A stretch of DNA of 63,995 bases, counting the filler, from Stramenopiles sp. TOSAG23-2 (lineage: Eukaryota): assembly GCA_900128395.1 (NCBI GenBank). It is 6 parts of 6 records of this genome, joined end to end, with 100 filler letters (N's around TTAATTAATTAA, not from the genome) between each part and the next. Parts side by side here need not be neighbours in the genome. Positions count along the whole stretch, not along the records: positions 1 to 10,910 come from LT649980.1; positions 11,011 to 21,872 come from LT649982.1; 4 more parts are not named here. One strand, 5' to 3'. A model generated the notes under the pieces. It made no database searches. It saw nothing but the letters and a program-made list of their open reading frames with translations, and was not told the DNA's origin. Position numbers and translations under genes: made by a program. Of this stretch, positions 1-12,885 are shown piece after piece (the stretch's first letter is position 1; each line of letters begins with the position of its first letter).

Positions 1-400
1 CAGTAGTATTATTACTATTATTATTATTATTTATATCCTTGTTGTTATTATTATTATTATGTACATATTGTTGTGTTTGACTATTTAAATTATTGTTGCT
101 TTTTACATTTTCTATTTCTATTGAATGTATATTATCATGATGATTATTATTATCAGACGAGATTAAAGCATTTGCATTTAAGTCATTTTGAGGTTTGTCA
201 TATAATGTTGTTTGTTCATTGTTAATCAATTCCATATTATTATTATTATTATATTCATTATTATTATTATTATTAGTAGTAGTAATACCATTAACGTCTT
301 CTTTCATTGAATTTTCTTCATTCATTTTTGCAAGATACTTTTGGTATGCTGCATCTGATCCTGATCCAGTTGTACCATCAGATGAAGCGCCACTTCCCAT
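1..400 (-). CDS. 5' part of an Asn-rich protein with an N-myristoylation-like start (MGSGAS...); runs off the window edge
   Basis: ATG at 400 on the minus strand reads MGSGASSDGTTGSGSDAAYQKYLAKMNEENS..., then poly-Asn; fits MGxxxS. Not in the ORF track. Confidence 0.6.
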   Translation of the reverse strand, partial: MGSGASSDGTTGSGSDAAYQKYLAKMNEENSMKEDVNGITTTNNNNNNEYNNNNNMELINNEQTTLYDKPQNDLNANALISSDNNNHHDNIHSIEIENVKSNNNLNSQTQQYVHNNNNNNKDINNNNNSNNTT

Positions 401-1175
401 TTTTTCTACTCAAAGAATGTGTGTCTTTTGTTTCAATCTGTTTCTATCTATTGATAAAGCTACACAGTTAAATCTATCTATGCAACCATCTATATATTAT
501 TATATGTGATGATATTTATTGAAAAAAATGTAGTATTGTTGCTCCCTGTTATTACTTTAATAAATGAAATATTATTATTATTTATTAGAATAGCTGGATA
601 GCACCACAATACCTGTAATACAAGTTTTTTTGGCACCCGTGCTTCAGTTTCAACACAACAGCATCACAGCTCCCACCCAGACAGAGATCTAACAATTCAT
701 AGATTAGTATTACCTGGAACCTGGATTACCAGATTACTCCTAGCGATAGGATTATTAGTCTATAATAAATTAGAGTAAATTAACACGTTTATAACAAGAT
801 ATAGATGTACAGTACAGTAAATCGACAGCGGACAACTTTAAAAACGCCTCTTCGTGCCTTCCTATTTCTTTCTGGCCTTAGTTCTTATTTCACTTATAGT
901 GCTGTTGTTGTGCTAGCTAGCTACCTGCTATAGAGCTGGTGCAACAACAATAATAACAATAACAATAATGGCCCATAATAATAATAGTGCAATAATGGCA
1001 ACACTGTGCTAATAATAAAAAAAAAAAAAGAACAATATTTTGTTCATACACACACGCCACAAAAATAATAATCATTATATTATAATAAATTGTATATAAA
1101 TTGCTTCTACATAATCAAGTGTAATTGCTATCCAAAAGTACATTGTACCATATCATTGAAATAAATAAGCAAACA

Positions 1176-2294
1176 ATGAGTCGGATTAAAACATTAAAAA
1201 GACCATTTACGAGGTTGCAACAAAGAAACTTGTATAAAAATATTGTCGAAAAAACCTCATCAATATCATCATCAAGGCAAGCTTTATTTTCATACAACCG
1301 GTTATCCACGCATACAACTTTTGTGAAATGTAATATAAAACATAATAGTAAAAACAATAATAAGAGTAATAGTTTTCGTCGTTATGGGAAGTCTTTTCCA
1401 AATTTATATCGAAAACAAGATTTTGCACATAAATTTCACACAACAAGTATTTTATTGAATAATGGTAAGGGTTCTGGTGGTAATAATAATAATGATGATG
1501 ACAACAACAACAACTCAAATGTGAATAGTGCAACAACAACAACAACAATACCAATCGAAGCTGCGTTAGAACAGCCGGGCAGTGACAATAAAAAGAATAC
1601 ACTTAATTGGCTGCTGCGTTTGACTGGCTATTATGGCGACGAAAGTGTCAATATAAGACAATCTGGTGCTATGTATCAAAGCGTACTTTTGCATTCATCA
1701 AATAATCGTGCATTAGATTTTTTAGGTTTAGAGGATAGTTTTTATTTCAATCATTCAATAATTATTTTACATGTATGGATGCTTCATAGAAGACTTCGAA
1801 GTATAGAAATCAAAGATTTGCAACAAGATCTTCAAGAGCAATTGTTTGATAGGGTGTGGGAAGATACGACTAAACGTATTCGTGCGATAGGTGTACAAGA
1901 GCTATCTGTTAATAAATATGTTCGGGACGCGCAAGAATTTTCATTTGGTGCAGCATGGGCATATGATCAAGGTTTAGATGCTGATGATGAAGATGCATTA
2001 CCAGGTGCGCTATTTCGTAATGTATTTCGTAGTGGGGAAGAAGTTGATGACGAGAAGGTGATATTATTATCCGAGTATGTATATTCGCAAGTTGAACATT
2101 TGGATTCGATTAGGGATGAAGATATTGTTTCTGGCAATATAACATGGTTAGCAATGCCAGGTATTGATGAAAGTAAAAATAATGATGCAGAAAATGCAAA
2201 CTGGAGGGAAGCATTATCTGAGGATGGAAGAAAATATTGGTGGAACATTGAAACTAGAGAAAGTACTTGGAGAGATCCAACGACATCTAATTGA
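1176..2294 (+). CDS. CBP3: Ubiquinol-cytochrome c reductase chaperone (Cbp3/UQCC1 family) with a C-terminal WW domain
   Basis: Basic Ser/Arg-rich transit-like N-terminus; family motifs LHVWMLHRRL, QLFDRVWED, AYDQGL, LPGALFRNVF; WW domain WREALSEDGRKYWWNIETRESTWRDP. First ATG is at 1176. Confidence 0.85.
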   Translation: MSRIKTLKRPFTRLQQRNLYKNIVEKTSSISSSRQALFSYNRLSTHTTFVKCNIKHNSKNNNKSNSFRRYGKSFPNLYRKQDFAHKFHTTSILLNNGKGSGGNNNNDDDNNNNSNVNSATTTTTIPIEAALEQPGSDNKKNTLNWLLRLTGYYGDESVNIRQSGAMYQSVLLHSSNNRALDFLGLEDSFYFNHSIIILHVWMLHRRLRSIEIKDLQQDLQEQLFDRVWEDTTKRIRAIGVQELSVNKYVRDAQEFSFGAAWAYDQGLDADDEDALPGALFRNVFRSGEEVDDEKVILLSEYVYSQVEHLDSIRDEDIVSGNITWLAMPGIDESKNNDAENANWREALSEDGRKYWWNIETRESTWRDPTTSN

Positions 2295-3895
2295 TACGTA
2301 CGTATATCTATATTATATTATAAAGCCCGTTTTAGATGAGTTTGTATATATGTTTGAGGAACTCTGTGTACATATAAGCATATATTTGGTTATTTGTTCT
2401 TTGTTCTATTTTTTATAAGAGAGAGTTTAACATTTAAAGATGATTTTTTTTATTATTATATATAAAATTAAATAATAAAAAAAAAATAATCTACTACTGG
2501 TAACAGGTAATATTATAGCTCTACATACTGTATCAACCAAAACCACACCAAACCTATCAAAGTAAAATAACACCTTAAACATTCAACACCTTTTCGGGGT
2601 GGATTATTTATTATAGATATATCATATAGTTTTATAGTAAAATATGTGTGATTTTATGGTATAGCACTATATATATTTAAGTTAATATAAAAAATTAATA
2701 TGATTACCTTTCTCTCCTCATTTAAAACACCCCTCTCTCTTCTCCATCCTCTTTGTTCCTTCGTTCGTTCGTACTTTATTCTTGTTAATATACCATATCT
2801 CTTTTTACCTACAATTAATTATTAATATTACATTTCAATGTAGATATTTTAAATTTATTTTTTTCTTTTATATTTCTCGTCTTCTTTTACATTTTTCTCT
2901 CGTCTTTTCACCTGAATAAAATTTCTCTGCTAAATCACTTCTTCCCCATAACATCGATTGCCTTTTTGGTTTTTTTGCATCCCATACAGACATATTGTGT
3001 TATTTATTGAACAGCAAAATCACAGGGATTGGACAAGGGAGTGTGTATAAATATATCTAAATATTCGTTTCACAGCCTATATATCATAATTTCTACGTAT
3101 ATATAATCATTAAATGTATATATATGAATAATAATGTGGACATAATGGTTATGGCACTATGCATATTATTACCGAGTATAATAATATACATCATTTTGAA
3201 CTTCCCAAGTGCTATGTCCATGCTAATGTGATAATTTATTCGTTGGGGCAAGGAAATCATTAATCGATTAACTGATGTGTCCGTATATTTGGCGTATGTT
3301 GTGCGTATGGCAACGCTATGTCTAAGTACAGTACATACTGTACAGTATCAACCAGTAAATGGACATATTGACATTGTATGAGATCGGGAGATGGAAAAGA
3401 GTCGCTACAGTATACTATGCCCTGTATGTAGGTAGTTGAGTGTATGTAGTAAGGAAAACCAATGGATATTTATATAGTATAAAATATAGTATTGTAATAA
3501 TAACTGTATGGACTATATATAGATGGTGCGACAAAACAAAGTGCAAAAGTTTGTAAATTATAAATTATAAAATATAAATATGGGAGATGGGGAGAAGATG
3601 ATGATGCCCACCACCGCCCAATAATAATAATAATAATAACGACGCAATAATTCTAGAATAATAAATAAATAATATATTGTACAAGTTAGTAATGATGAAT
3701 TAGAATAAATAATATAGTTGCAAATACATCAAGAGTTCTTCCATTGAATGTTATATCCCATAGACACAGAGAGAGAGGAAGAAGAAAAGAAAGTGTCGCT
3801 TCAGTCAATTTTTTTTTGTTTGAATGTAAAAAAATTAAAAATTTCATATACAATATAATCAATCCGTAGAGTTTAGGAACTATATTTTTACAAAA

Positions 3896-6535
3896 ATGGT
3901 TGTGAAAAAATTAAATAATATATTATTTAGTCCGAAACGCAATTTAATGGTTAAGCCAATAACATCTATTATCGCTTTTTTTTTCATTACGATATGTATT
4001 TGGACGTTATACACAGTAAAAAATACGCAAAGAATCCAAGCAATTAAAGCGTTATCATCCGCTGCAACTAATATAAAATCAACACCGCTGAAAATATATT
4101 TATATAACTTGCCAAAGCAATTTAATAAAAGATTATTAATAAATATAAAAAAAAATAAAAAAAGATATCAAGGTTATCAAGATCAAATGGCAGAAGCTGT
4201 CATATATTCAAAATTTATGAAAAGCAATGTAAGAACCAAAAATCCAAATGAAGCCGACCTTTTCTTCGTACCTCTTTTTTCAGCTGCCAGTATTTCTCAA
4301 CTTGTACATAAACCAGAACGTAGAGAAAAAACTCGAAAACTAGTATTGAAAACACAAGAATATATAGAAAAGCACTATCCATATTGGAAAAGATATAATG
4401 GCGCAGATCACATATGGGTATTTACACATGACCATGGAATATGCTTTGATACGACAAATGAAAGGGCTTTTGAAAGTAAAACAATGAGAAAATTGATGGA
4501 CAAGCTAAAAGATAGTATATTTTTAACAAATACTGGGGATTTGATGTCACCATGTTTCAACCCGAAGAGTTCAATTGTCATTCCACCATTTATTGATGAT
4601 AAAAAACTATCGAATTTTTTCAATCGGGAAATCGGCGGTACATCACGTGATATTTTTGCTAGTTTTCGTGGCCAGACAACTTTGATCAAACCAAGAGATC
4701 CGTGGTTTCGTTATTTGATGCTCTATGGGAGTAAAGAGGATAAAATACATAATCATGGCAAAGGACCGAGAATAGAGCCTTGTTTTGATTGGGCTACAAA
4801 TGCTGATAATTGTGCCACGTGTCAAAGCGCATGTTGTGCAGCAGAAATCACAGATGGTAGAGTTTACAGTAATGGTGTAAGGCAGCGGTTGTTGGCAATG
4901 TTTGGCAAAGAAGAAGCATACAAAAAGACTGGGTTTCTTGTATCGCGTAAAAAATCATCTCAATGGATGGACGAAATGAAACGTAGTAAGTTTTGCTTAG
5001 CGCCACTTGGATTTGCTAAATGGAGCATACGTTGCTTTGAAAGTATTGCTGCTGGCTGCATACCAGTAATTATTGCCAATAACTTAACAATGCCATTTGA
5101 AAACTATTTAAACTGGCCCGCATTTTCTATAACTATTAAAGAGACTGATATTTCTAAATTATCATTTATATTAGAAAGCATATCCCCAAGTAAGATTAGG
5201 GAAATGCAAGCTAATCTCGAACAAGTACGCTTGCATTTCACATATGGTTCCGTGCCAGATGTCGGTAAAGGGAAAGCATTTGATTTTATCGTCGATGAAT
5301 TAAAAAACAAATACGTGGAAAGAAAACCCTATTTTGCACATTACAAGGATAGAAATCATATAGTTGTAGATTTACAATCTACTAATAAACATGCACTATG
5401 GAAGACTTGGGTGCCACTTGGAAAACGAAGAGTAGATTTCGTGCCTTATCCGCCAAGTTATAATCCGGATGTCAGTAGTAAGGATAAAAATATATGTTTA
5501 GCAACTCAATTAAGTAGCGATCGAGCAGATTTACTAGCTCGAATATTGTATAGATGGGATGGACCAGTTAGTGCTGCAGTATTAATTAAAAAAGGTGCTG
5601 AAAACGGAAATGAAAGAGTTGAAGATGTATTTTCGGAAGCTTTTAATGATAGGTTAGAAGGTGACCCAGATCAAGTTTTGTCCTTCTCGTATCTTCGATA
5701 TGATGGGAACCACCCCTCTGAAAAGTTTCAGCATTATCCAGTGAATCGCTTGAGAAATATGGCTTTACGCGGTTGTAAATCCAATTACGTTTTTATATTG
5801 GATGTTGATTTTTTACCATCTGCAAATGCGTATAGAAATTTGCAAAAATATTATCATTTTCTTGATAATGAAGGACGAAACGCTTTAGTGGTTCCAGCAT
5901 TTGAAGTAGATGCTGATGTTTTAAATTATGATTCTGGTGCAATGGACAGTGTTCGTTACAAAAATAAGTTGAGACAATTGTATATGGTAGACAAACGAAA
6001 ACGATGGCGCGATACTCCACGAACAATATCGAAAGCTAGGGCATTTCAGTTAATGCATTATAAAGATGGTCACCATCCTACTAATACAGAACAATGGATG
6101 CATTCGTCAAAGCCATATACTGTGCAATATAAGTGGGGTTATGAACCATACCTGTTATTGAAACGACCTTTTCCTTTATTTGAGGAATCGTTTATTGGTT
6201 ATGGCCAGAATAAAGTATCGTATGCGTATCATTTAGCCGCTGCTCGATTTTCATTTATAGTAGTCCCTGATGTATTTATCATACATGTTCATACTGATAA
6301 AAGTATTGGTGTCAAAGTTGTATCAGATGATGCACATTTTAAAATCAACCAAAAAGCAATTGATATTATCAAAATATCAAAAGATTTCACCGTGGGGTGG
6401 AGCTGTTGGCGTCCTTTTATTGACAAAATCGATAAAATCTATGGCTTTCGAGCAGTTGAACCTTGCTGGGTGTCCGAGTATGTTTGGAATGACGTAAATT
6501 CTAAACGTGGAGAGCAGTGTGTTATTAACGTTTAA
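3896..6535 (+). CDS. Type II membrane glycosyltransferase: GT47 (exostosin) domain fused to a GT49 (LARGE/B4GAT1-like) domain
   Basis: N-terminal TM. GT47 motifs LKIYLYNLP, RTKNPNEADLFFVP, WKRYNGADHIW, SKFCLAPLG, GCIPVII. GT49 motifs LATQLSSDR, WDGPVSAAV, YPVNRLRNMA, FILDVDFLPS, YEPY, FIGYGQNKVS. Confidence 0.85.
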   Translation: MVVKKLNNILFSPKRNLMVKPITSIIAFFFITICIWTLYTVKNTQRIQAIKALSSAATNIKSTPLKIYLYNLPKQFNKRLLINIKKNKKRYQGYQDQMAEAVIYSKFMKSNVRTKNPNEADLFFVPLFSAASISQLVHKPERREKTRKLVLKTQEYIEKHYPYWKRYNGADHIWVFTHDHGICFDTTNERAFESKTMRKLMDKLKDSIFLTNTGDLMSPCFNPKSSIVIPPFIDDKKLSNFFNREIGGTSRDIFASFRGQTTLIKPRDPWFRYLMLYGSKEDKIHNHGKGPRIEPCFDWATNADNCATCQSACCAAEITDGRVYSNGVRQRLLAMFGKEEAYKKTGFLVSRKKSSQWMDEMKRSKFCLAPLGFAKWSIRCFESIAAGCIPVIIANNLTMPFENYLNWPAFSITIKETDISKLSFILESISPSKIREMQANLEQVRLHFTYGSVPDVGKGKAFDFIVDELKNKYVERKPYFAHYKDRNHIVVDLQSTNKHALWKTWVPLGKRRVDFVPYPPSYNPDVSSKDKNICLATQLSSDRADLLARILYRWDGPVSAAVLIKKGAENGNERVEDVFSEAFNDRLEGDPDQVLSFSYLRYDGNHPSEKFQHYPVNRLRNMALRGCKSNYVFILDVDFLPSANAYRNLQKYYHFLDNEGRNALVVPAFEVDADVLNYDSGAMDSVRYKNKLRQLYMVDKRKRWRDTPRTISKARAFQLMHYKDGHHPTNTEQWMHSSKPYTVQYKWGYEPYLLLKRPFPLFEESFIGYGQNKVSYAYHLAAARFSFIVVPDVFIIHVHTDKSIGVKVVSDDAHFKINQKAIDIIKISKDFTVGWSCWRPFIDKIDKIYGFRAVEPCWVSEYVWNDVNSKRGEQCVINV

Positions 6536-7254
6536 AAAATGTCGCGTGTAACCCTAACTTCGTACTACCGTATCATGTACGAGTATGAAAATATGTTGAT
6601 CTGTACCACGCTTGTTAATATATTCGTACGACGTATGCATACGAAGTATAACGCAAAATGAAATATAGCGAGAGGAGAAAAATAATTTCGTATACACACA
6701 GATGTAAATATAATTTAAAGTTTACGCGCATAAATTTATTTTTTTTTATAAAAATATTTTAATAATATTCTAATATCTCAGAACATATTCTCTATGATAA
6801 TATAACTAACGAATATACGTATGCATATATAAAGAGAAAATTTATAACTTTAAGATTTTAACCATCATTTAACACGCTATAAAATATCATTACGCGTATT
6901 TCAGTATGATATGCATATTATCATACGTATCAGATATACGAGTATAATATTAATTAAAATACGCGCGTACTTTATATATATACAGTATCATATGAGTAAG
7001 AGAACATTTTATATATATCATACAATGATATGTGTAATAATTTAATTTACGATATTTACGAACCGTAAAATAAAAAAAAAATATACGTGAAGCGTATGAT
7101 ACTTCATGTATTATTGAGATAATATATATCATAGGAGACTAAATATTATAAATATCATGCGACGTATGTTTCGTATGAGATACCATACTCGTATCATCAT
7201 ACACGTGTAAAAAAAAATATATTTTTCCTAATGCATATAGTATTATCATATTTT

Positions 7255-10200
7255 TCAATATTGTTCATTACCAACTAAGATTCCAATTGCTTGATTAATA
7301 AGATCGTCCCGTTTCTTTGGGTACATTGGGGAGTTGGAGTAGGGGGTCAATTGATGCTGTTGTGCCAATGAATTTTCATCATCGATATAAGTGGCTTGTC
7401 TAGATGTAGCTCCTTTTGCCTTGGCAGTGTACCTATATAAATCACCCGATGTACCACTTTTTTCATATCGCATTCTCGGTCCTTTTATTTCTTCAATTGA
7501 ATCTTGGCTCAAATCGCTCTTTGACGACCGTGCGGTCGACATCAATGAATCTGGTGCGTTTAGCTGGTGCTTTTTAACATTGCTTAATCCAGCAGTAAGC
7601 AGCATTTGATTAGTCGAGTCCTTCATATTATTGTCTTTCGTTAGCAGCGTTGGTTCTGTATTTACTCCAACGCCTCCTATATCCTCATCTATATTGCTAC
7701 CCTGATTATCTTGTTCTCGTTTCCATTGATACACCATGCCCATATCTGCGAGTTTCTGTCTAAACAAAGCTTTCTGGCGACCGAGAACACCTCTCCAATT
7801 TTTTTGGATCATCCTTGCCGCTGCGTTGCGCCGTCCGTCGGCTATAGCTTTTTCCTTTCTATATTTTGGCATTTGGTGTCTCACTTTGCAACCTCGAACC
7901 CATGATTGTATTATTATAGCTGAAAGGATTTCTGATCGATCTGGTACTCTAATCCATGATCGCTTCTTAAAGCGCTCTTTTTCTTGTTCGAGCTGATTTC
8001 TCAACTGCTCAGCGGTGGCACGATCCAATTCTCTCTTTTCTCTTGCAGACTCTAAGCCCTCTCTAAACGCTAGTAATTGCCTTTCTTTTTTGGCATTTGT
8101 AACTAATTGTTTTTTGTGCTTCTTCATGAGCCCGCTAAACCTATTCTTTTTCTTTGCTGCCGCTTTTTGCTTCTCTTTCTCTTGATCGTCTTGAATTTTT
8201 TTCTTTAACATTTCATTCTCTTCTCTTTCTCGGTTCAGTTTTATCATTGCAGTTAAAATTTTTCTGTTTTTTCGCACCAATTTCGACATAGACTTGCGTG
8301 TGTGCTGCTGGGCTCTTACGACTTCTGCTGCATGATCTGCTTCTGCCTTTTCCTTTTTCATTTTTAATGTTTGCAATTGCAATTCAAAAGCTTCCTTTGC
8401 TTTTAAATATTTCATCTGCTTCAACACTAACGGTCTAAGGGAATTTTTGGATGCTCTCTTTTCACCTATTAGTTCACTTTGTGATTCTTTTTCCTTCACT
8501 ACCTCTGCTATTTGTTGTATGGCTACATCGCGTTTTTCCTCTAATTGCTGCCGATCTTGCTCTATGGCTGCCAACGATGCCCGCATCTTATCCTCTGACT
8601 CTTCAATCGCTTCTGCTTCTATGCGTTTGCTCTTTTCCTTCTCTTGGTTAAATTTCTTTTCTTGGGCCATTTTTACGGCTTGAACTTTTGATCCACTGCT
8701 CTTTTCACCAATATTTTCTCCAGGCTTTGCATTAATTCTATCTTTAGCTGTAGTTGATGGAGTTGGCCTTTTGTTTATCTTTAAATGAAGCAATGCATTA
8801 TTCATTTTTAGATTACGTATCTGCTTTCTTTCTTTTTTCAGTTCCTTGGCCATCTCTTGGTACTCGTCATATTGCTTTGACAACTTTGCTTTGACAATTA
8901 AAGCACTTTTAATTTTTGTACTTATTTCTTTCAGTTTGGCATCATGTGTTACTTTTAAAATTTCTTTTTCTTGTTCCTCTTCTGCTGCCTGTCTTTCTTT
9001 TTGGTGCTTTAACTCCATCTCTTCCAATTTCTTTTTTAAATTGTCTATTTCGGCATCATTGCTTTCATTTTGTAATTTAATTTTTGCAATTTCTGCGTTT
9101 GCTGCTTCTTCAGCTTTTATTTGCTCTTCTGATGGAACATGTTGAACGGCTACCTTTTGCGGTGGCACTGTATCTTTGGTATTTTCATCAACTTCATCTG
9201 GTACTGCCTCGTCGCCTCCCATACGATCCATATTGCTAAATGGATCGTTGTCTTCCTCTGGTGGCATACTTTCGTCGCCTTCCATTCCAGGAAAGATGTC
9301 GGCATCAATGGCTTCTTCGTCGATTTCAATAGATGCATTTTGAGCGGAACTCAATTTTTCTCGCATTTCTTTAAGTGAAGCCGTCGAACTGTGCACTTCG
9401 CTAACTTTATTATTCAAAACAGATAGTTGCGGATCCGTTGCCTCTAGTGCTTCCATTTTTTCAACAGTAGACAACGCTTCTTTATCTTTCTCCGATTCTT
9501 CAAAATCGAGTTTTCTACTTTTGAGCAACAAACTCTCCTCCTTTAAGGCAGCATCTTGACTTTGTTCAAGCTTCTTCTTTTCACGTTCTAAGCGTATCTC
9601 GATATGTTTAATCCGTTCTTCTACTTCAGTCAAGCGATTTTGATATTTTTCTCGTATGTTAGCCTCATGCCTAGCAGCCTGGTCATTAATGGCCTGCTCT
9701 GAGTTCATTCTCAACTTCGACAATTCAATTTGTTTCGACACTAAAACCTCTAACTTTCCATTTAAAACAGATTGCTTTTTCTTAAGTTCCAGTGCTTTCT
9801 CATCCGGGGCAATGATAATTATATCATTATTGTGGGCTATTTCCGATTTAATTTGCTTTTCTTGAATTGCTGTATTTTCCTCTTCTTCGCCTATTTTGTT
9901 TGCATAGGTCTTCTTCAATGACGAAATGGCATCCCTAAGCTCCTGTTTGATTTGCATCTCAATTTGTCTTTTTGCAGATTTTGCTTCATTTCGTTGCTCT
10001 TCCAGAGAACCTGATGCCTTAGTGAGTACGCCCTCTAATCTTTCTAATCCCCCCTTCAATTTTTCATTTGCCGCCATTTCATCTTCTCTCAATCTCTCTC
10101 TCTTTTCTCTCTCACTTTCCCGCAAATCTAAATCTATCCGATGACTTTCTATTGAAGAAACTTTGATTTCATTATCCAATTTTACAGCTTGTTTTTCCAA

Positions 10201-10910
10201 ATCTTGTATTGCGTATTGACTATCTGCGTCATTACTATTTTGCGCCTTTTTCACTTGGTTTGCCAAAGTTTTTCGCTGTCGTTTCATCTTTTCGAGTTTA
10301 TCCCGTAAAGACAATTTTGTGTCTTCTGCCATAGCATGTAATTCCGACATATGTTCTTCGTGTGTTGCTCGCAAGGTCCTCCTTTCGTCTTGTGTATCAG
10401 AGACAATATTCCACGCTTCATCTGATACATCGTCAATAGCATTTTGCCCTTCAAGAGCATTCGAGATGTTACTTAAAAGTGATGTAACGCTTTCGCTGAT
10501 TGTTAATTCTTTTTTTGTAAATTCGTGATCAATATCATTGGTCATTTCTTTTTCTATGATCTTCATTCTTTCCGCTATGTCAGCCTCTAGTGCTTCTAGT
10601 TGCTGTCTTTCCATCTCATCAACTGCTGCGATCCTCGTTTTTTCGTTAGTATCACGCTCCTCCTCAAGGCACCTTATGACTTCCTCGGCAAATTTATTCA
10701 ATTTCTCTTTTTCATTATCAATTTCTTTAATTTTAATATTCAAACTTTCTATTTGATTTTTTGCACCAGGTGTGTTTTGTCGCGACAATTCATATATGTT
10801 ATCTCTCAAAGCATCTTCCTTCATCTCCAAAATGTATCTTTCACTATCTAAAGATCGAAGAAATGTCGTTAATATGCCTTGCTTTTGTCGAACAAGCTGT
10901 CCCGCCCCCA
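7255..10910 (-). CDS. Large coiled-coil protein with two IQ calmodulin-binding motifs; 5'-truncated by the contig end
   Basis: Glu/Lys-rich heptads; IQ motifs IIIQSWVRGCKVR and RMIQKNWRGVLGR; the frame stays open from 10830 up to the N gap. Confidence 0.75.
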
Positions 10911-11010
10911 NNNNNNNNNNNNNNNNNNNNNNNNNNNNNNNNNNNNNNNNNNNNTTAATTAATTAANNNNNNNNNNNNNNNNNNNNNNNNNNNNNNNNNN
11001 NNNNNNNNNN
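10911..11010. other. Artificial contig linker
   Basis: 44 N + TTAATTAATTAA (stops in all six frames) + 44 N. Confidence 0.98.
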
Positions 11011-12885
11011 ACTATCTAAATCATCATCGTCTTCACTATCATACCCATATATATTATCATTTAAATCATTAGTATTATTATTATTATTATTATTATTATT
11101 GCCACTAGTAATACCATTATTTGGTGAAGAAACTAATGTTAAATTTGATGGGACAGGTACTGCAGCTGCAATGGTAGATGAATTGATAATAATTGGATTG
11201 TTTACGTTGATATTGTTGTTATTATTGGTATTAACCGTAGTCGCATTTATATTATTGTTGTTCGTTCCACTTGCCATGTTACTACTATTATTATTACCAT
11301 TACCATTATCATCATCTTTATCCAATGTTTCACCATGTTCACGTTCCCAAATTTGCATTTCTGTTGACATTTCCGTATAAAATTCATTGAATTCACGTTC
11401 ACGTTCTAAATGTATACGATTACTACGTTTAATCCTAGAATTCGTTAAGATATCATCCGGTATATTACTACTAATTGGTAATGCTGCAATTGTTGCTGTA
11501 GTCATATTGTTACTACCATCACCACTCGACGACGATGCACCACTAGTAAGAGCAGCACGTCGATTCCCACCAGTACCTGAACCACCAATACCTGCAACTG
11601 CTAATGATAATAACGTACCACTTTCCACATTACTTAATAATAATTGTCGATTTTTTGCTTCCAACATTCTATTTCTAGTAAAACTTGGTGGGTCACATTC
11701 TTCTGGTAAATCAATCGTTTCAAATTCTTCTGGTGTTAACAATGCAGTAGGTGTTTGACTGAATTCACTTAAACGATTACGTAATGTTTGATCACATATC
11801 CGTGTCACACTTATAATGTCTTTTTGCGTTCGTTTAAAACCATGCATACCACTTGCTAAAAACAATGCCGCTGCACAAATACCAGCTGGTCTTCTACCAG
11901 TTTGTATCCAATCTTTTTTAAAACGTTTCACTAAACGCAATGCCGTCATTGCAACTTGATGTGTTTTTTCCCCGCCACCAAATTCCAATTTACTGCTAAA
12001 ACGATGTATGTACAATGTCGGTTCAATTAATGGCAAAGATAAATTCAATAAACGACAAAATTTTAAAAAACATGTACCTAATTCATATACATTCACTTGC
12101 AATGCATCACTGAAATCTATTAATAAATATGGTGATTTCTCTGTACGACATACGATATATAAACATGCAGCGACGACATGTGCAGTACGTCGTCCTTGTA
12201 CAAAATTACGTTGTACGGCTAATAAAAATAAACGATGGGCACTATCAACATAATGTTGCCCTAAACGTAATTTAGCTGCTAATTGTGCAATACGTTTCCG
12301 TCCATTATTAATAGTAATTTCTCTAGATTCTTTTGAATATGTAATACTACGATTTGACATACCAGATGTAAATGATTTTGTTGCAGTAGCAGCAACATAT
12401 TGACCAACAATTGAGGATGAACCACCACTTGATTCTGCAAATTGTACGGATGATACGATGGTATTTTCTTCAATCACCGTACCACATGCCATGCATACAG
12501 CATTTCCACTTGCATCATCACGGTCAATATTCGTAGAACCACATTTTGGGCATATTGTACCAGATTGTTGTTGGGATTGTTGTTGTGCACTTGCTGTTGT
12601 ATTGGATGATGTAGTTGTAGTTGATGATGATATACTTATCGGTATAGCAATATTTGTTTTTGTAGTAGTTGCTGTTGTTGATGCTGATGATGATATTATT
12701 GTTGGTATTGCTGCTATTGGTGCTTGTATGGATGATGGTGGTAATATGATATTGTTATTATTGGTGTTGGTGGTGTTGTTGCTTGTGCTTGGGGATAAAA
12801 TTTCGTTATTATTATTATTATCATCATTATTTTGTTCTAGATTTTTTTGTACTGACGGAGTCGATATGATGGTTGGGATACTCAT
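11011..12885 (-). CDS. BRF1: TFIIIB subunit Brf1 (TFIIB-related factor), 3'-truncated
   Basis: Zn ribbon CPKCGS...CMACG; cyclin repeats with NFVQGRR, ACLYIVCR, LLIDFSDALQVNVYELG, DWIQTGRRPAGICAAAL; ECDPPSF. Confidence 0.95.

Noticed and set aside
2866-2993. About 41-codon minus-strand ORF (MSVWDAKKPKRQ...)
   Set aside because: Too short, no motif; could be chance.
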